Shown: in pieces, positions 60,766-64,000 of the stretch
Layout: each line of letters opens with the position of its first letter
Numbering within the stretch: position 1 is the first letter of the stretch
NCBI GenBank assembly: GCA_963663965.2
Contig: CAXXFK010000025.1
Location: 64,001-128,000, forward strand
DNA from: Sedimentisphaerales bacterium
GTDB lineage: Bacteria; Planctomycetota; Phycisphaerae; Sedimentisphaerales; SM23-30
Direction: 5' to 3'
Length of the DNA: 64,000 nucleotides
Program-made: the position numbers and the translations under genes
The notes under the pieces: model-generated
Told to the model about the DNA's origin: nothing
What the model saw: the letters and a program-made list of their open reading frames with translations, nothing else
Database searches by the model: none

Positions 60766-63168
60766 CTATTCTAACGAGCCATTCAGGATGATTTTCTGGT
60801 TGGGATTTGTCTGGAAATGGGCGGTTTGGTTCTGATAGCGGATGGTCAAGGGTTTGCCGTGCAGCGAGATGATTTCGGCTTGCTGTAATTGTCCTTGATC
60901 CCACTGAATAGACACTTCAAATCCGCCCCGGGCGAGCAGACCGGTGACCCGGCCGGCGGGCCAATTGTCGGGCAGGGCGCCGAGCAGTCTCAGGACTGGA
61001 TTACCCTGATCATCGCGTTCATGGCTTTGCAGCAGCATTTCGGCAACACCAGCGGCGCCGCCGAAGTTGCCATCGATCTGAAAGGGCGGGTGTTCATCGA
61101 AGAGGTTGGTATTGGTGCTCTTTTGTAATAACAATTGGAACTGGTTATACGCTTCGTTGCCATTGAGCAGGCGGGCGTAAAAGTTGATCAGCCAGGCGCG
61201 GCTCCAGCCAGTATGCCCACCCCCGTGGGCCAGGCGATAGGCCAGGGTCTTATCAGCTGCGGCAAACAGCTGGGGGGATTTATCCTGGGTGATCTGGGCA
61301 AAGGGATGCAGGCAGATGAGGTGCGAGATATGCCGATGGCCCGGTTCGGCTTCAGGGTATTCCTCCAGCCATTCGAGAATCCGGCCATCGTTGCCGGTTC
61401 GAATGGGAAGCAGTCTGGGCAGGGCCGCCTGGAGTTGTTCGCGCAGCGGCTGATCGACCTTCAGGATTTCGGAGGCTTCGATAGCGGCCTGGAATACTTC
61501 CCTGACAATTGAATTGTGATACGTAGAGCCCAAGGTGATGCGGATAGGTTTGTTATCCTGTGGATTGATAAAGCGGTTTTCGGGCGAGGTTGAAGGGGCC
61601 ATAAGCAGATGGCCGCCGGGCTCGGTAATCAGGATATCCTGAATAAACATGGCCGCGCCTTTGAGGGCCGGCCAGGCCTGCTGTTGGAGGAAGTCATGAT
61701 CCTGGGTGTATTGATAATGTTCCCACAGCGTCAAGACCATCCAGGCCCCGGCCAGTGGGTCCAGGACGCTGTTCTGGAATTGCGAGTCGAGGGTAGAGGC
61801 TGAAGGTGTTGTACGGCCAAATGGATTGGTGGCCAGAAAGGACACCCAGCCATCGGCGTTATAGAGCTTACGGGCAGAGACCCGGCCGCGTTCGGCCAGT
61901 TGCAGGAGCCAGTTAGTCAATGGCTCGGTGACACCCGGGATATTGCACAGGTCGGCCGGCCAGTAATTCATCTGCAGATTGATATTCAAATGGTAGTCGG
62001 CTTCCCAGGGCGCCCACATTTTGTCGTTCCAGAGACCCTGTAGATTAGCCGGGAGGCAACCGGGCGCGCGGGAACTGGACATCAGCAGATAACGCCCGAA
62101 TTGGAAATAGAGGCTCATCAGGCCGGGATCTGACCCACCGGCAATTACGGCTTGCAGCCGTTCATCGGTCGGAATGTGGCGGCGGTCAACGCCATTGAGG
62201 TCGAGCGAGACCCGATCAAAGATGCATTGGTGTTCTTTGAGATGTCGCGCCAACAGGTTATCCCAGTTGTAAGTCTGGGCCCGGTTGATGATGGATTCTG
62301 ACAGAGCGCCGGGATTAATGGACCGGTCAAAGTTCATCAGGGTCAGATTATAATCCGTTTTAGCGGAGAAGAGGATCAATACCTCATTGGCTTGAGCGAT
62401 TTTGAGGGAATCCTCCTGGGAGCTTAACTGTCCTGACTGTGGCAGTATCATAGCCCGGGCCGCGAATTTCATGTGTTTACCGCCGGGGCCGGAGCCGCCG
62501 GGATTGTCATCATAGGCATCGGGCGCGGCGATATCTACGATCTGGCCGTCCATCCGCAGCAAGTTGTTTTGAGCCTGAATCTGGATATCTCTGGCCCGGG
62601 TAAGGCGAACCTGGGCGGAGATCGCGCCGGGTTGGTCAGCGGTGAGGTGGATAGCGAGGATATCATCTACGGCTGAGATCAGTATTTCGCGATGGTAGGT
62701 TATGCCATCGCAACGGTAACTCACCCGCGCGATGCCATCGCGGATATCCAGTTCGCGGCGATATTCCGTGACATTTTTGCCATGGGACATGTCGATAAAC
62801 AGGTCGCCCAGCGGCTGGTAAGACCGAAATGAGGTGGGTTTACCGGTCAGGTGGACGCGACCATATTCCTGAGCTTTGGTCATATCGCCTTCCAGGAGCA
62901 GGCGCTGGACCTCTTTGAGATGGTCGGCATAATTATCCGGGTAAACGTCGACCGGTTCACCGGCCCAGAGGGTTTCTTCGTTGAGTTGGAGGTGTTCTGC
63001 TGGGATACTGCCATAAACCATGGCCCCCAGTCTGCCATTGCCTAAAGCGACAGCTTCGAGCCATTTAGATGCCGGCTGGCGATACCATAATACTGTTTCC
63101 GGTAAGGCTGAAACAGGTATGGTCATCCCTATCAGGAACAGGATCGCAGCTATTATGCGAAATTTCAT
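60766..63168 (-). CDS. GH95 alpha-L-fucosidase
   Basis: [80 protein letters not shown]. Confidence 0.95.
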   Translation of the reverse strand: MKFRIIAAILFLIGMTIPVSALPETVLWYRQPASKWLEAVALGNGRLGAMVYGSIPAEHLQLNEETLWAGEPVDVYPDNYADHLKEVQRLLLEGDMTKAQEYGRVHLTGKPTSFRSYQPLGDLFIDMSHGKNVTEYRRELDIRDGIARVSYRCDGITYHREILISAVDDILAIHLTADQPGAISAQVRLTRARDIQIQAQNNLLRMDGQIVDIAAPDAYDDNPGGSGPGGKHMKFAARAMILPQSGQLSSQEDSLKIAQANEVLILFSAKTDYNLTLMNFDRSINPGALSESIINRAQTYNWDNLLARHLKEHQCIFDRVSLDLNGVDRRHIPTDERLQAVIAGGSDPGLMSLYFQFGRYLLMSSSRAPGCLPANLQGLWNDKMWAPWEADYHLNINLQMNYWPADLCNIPGVTEPLTNWLLQLAERGRVSARKLYNADGWVSFLATNPFGRTTPSASTLDSQFQNSVLDPLAGAWMVLTLWEHYQYTQDHDFLQQQAWPALKGAAMFIQDILITEPGGHLLMAPSTSPENRFINPQDNKPIRITLGSTYHNSIVREVFQAAIEASEILKVDQPLREQLQAALPRLLPIRTGNDGRILEWLEEYPEAEPGHRHISHLICLHPFAQITQDKSPQLFAAADKTLAYRLAHGGGHTGWSRAWLINFYARLLNGNEAYNQFQLLLQKSTNTNLFDEHPPFQIDGNFGGAAGVAEMLLQSHERDDQGNPVLRLLGALPDNWPAGRVTGLLARGGFEVSIQWDQGQLQQAEIISLHGKPLTIRYQNQTAHFQTNPNQKIILNGSLE

Positions 63169-63576
63169 GTGGTATAACCTTTCTTATCTGGCCTTGAGAA
63201 TGGTTTGAAATATCAGTACAAACGCATATCGAGCAGATGTTATTTCGCTGATTGACTAAATTCAAGCAGGGGTTATATGAGTTAACCAATTCATTTATAG
63301 ATAATTACCGTTTGAATCGGCGGCTTTCGATGGTTTATTTATTGATATCAATCTGTATAGCGGGATCAGTAAGGTATGGTTCGTAATTTGGTGATATTTA
63401 TTCGCAAAATGGGGATGAGTTGATTTGAAACCATGTTATAATTAAGGTGAAACTTACGGTTCAGAAATTTTATACATTTTGATAAAACGATGGTCAATAT
63501 AGCAAGTCATTAATGCTCTTTTGTTTTGGCTCAGGCAGTGTTTTATTTTTTAAACTTTTTGTGGAGGTTTTGAGTT

Positions 63577-64000
63577 ATGAATACGAGATTGCGATTGTTT
63601 GTCATGTTACTGGTGTTTGGATCGGTTGGTTGGGGAGGAATTTCGGAAGATTTTGATGGGCAGAGTCCGCCCTCAACCAACTCTCCGCCAAGCGGGTGGA
63701 ATTTTATCAAGGTGGAAGACCAGGCGGGTACCTTCTATGAAGCGGTATCTGATCATGGTGGTATTGCCGGGCGGGTAAAATGCGATGTGGTGCATCTAAC
63801 CCAATATCCTCCGGGCTATCTGGTTAATAGTATGGGATTTGACGCAACTCTGGCCATCAAGGGTAGTTATGATTTTATGGTAGAAGATGAAGGCGCCTGG
63901 TCAGATGGCTTGTTTATGATGGGCGATATATTCGATGGGCTGACAGCGGATTTTTATGTGGTTAAATATCAATACAATACCCCATCTACCCCCACAGTGA
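63577..64000 (+). CDS. 5' part of a secreted protein running off the right edge
   Basis: GGAGG RBS, then MNTRLRLFVMLLVFGSVGWGGISEDFDG...; frame stays open to the window end. Confidence 0.7.
   Translation, partial: MNTRLRLFVMLLVFGSVGWGGISEDFDGQSPPSTNSPPSGWNFIKVEDQAGTFYEAVSDHGGIAGRVKCDVVHLTQYPPGYLVNSMGFDATLAIKGSYDFMVEDEGAWSDGLFMMGDIFDGLTADFYVVKYQYNTPSTPTV

Noticed and set aside
1..64000. tRNA or rRNA genes
   Set aside because: None recognised by eye; a covariance-model search would be needed to exclude small RNAs.

Overview
Bacterial chromosomal DNA, most likely a Planctomycetota of class Phycisphaerae (Sedimentisphaerales-like). This is inferred from PQQ-like beta-propellers, prepilin/H-X9-DG proteins, an ECF sigma/FecR pair and secreted proteins with dockerin-like C-termini. 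Most of the window encodes secreted glycan-degrading enzymes (GH2 x2, GH13, GH28, GH33-like, GH95, GH106, GH71/99-like, BNR). It also holds an MBL-rhodanese/YeeE sulfur operon, a YtrA-type GntR/ABC operon with its operator, a stand-alone EVE-like/PD-(D/E)xK nuclease and a ~2,850-aa GLUG/PASTA protein. The unusual part is non-coding structure. (1) At 32.2-40.9 kb, short AT-rich immunity-like genes form an array separated by a repeated junction: an RHS-core remnant fused to the leader and first codons of a GxxExxY gene. (2) A conserved motif AACAGCCGG(TT), followed by different short tandem-repeat types, forms an array at 3.0-3.55 kb, recurs at 1412 (bracketing a DUF1593 gene) and recurs in the 32-41 kb array. 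This suggests repeated site-specific insertion by an uncharacterised element family. (3) An IS256 element (35409-38822, 8-bp target duplication ACTGATTG) has one terminal inverted repeat split exactly by a group II intron (35430-37365). Two glycoside hydrolase genes carry single-base homopolymer frameshifts. All family calls are from motif recognition by eye; no searches were run.
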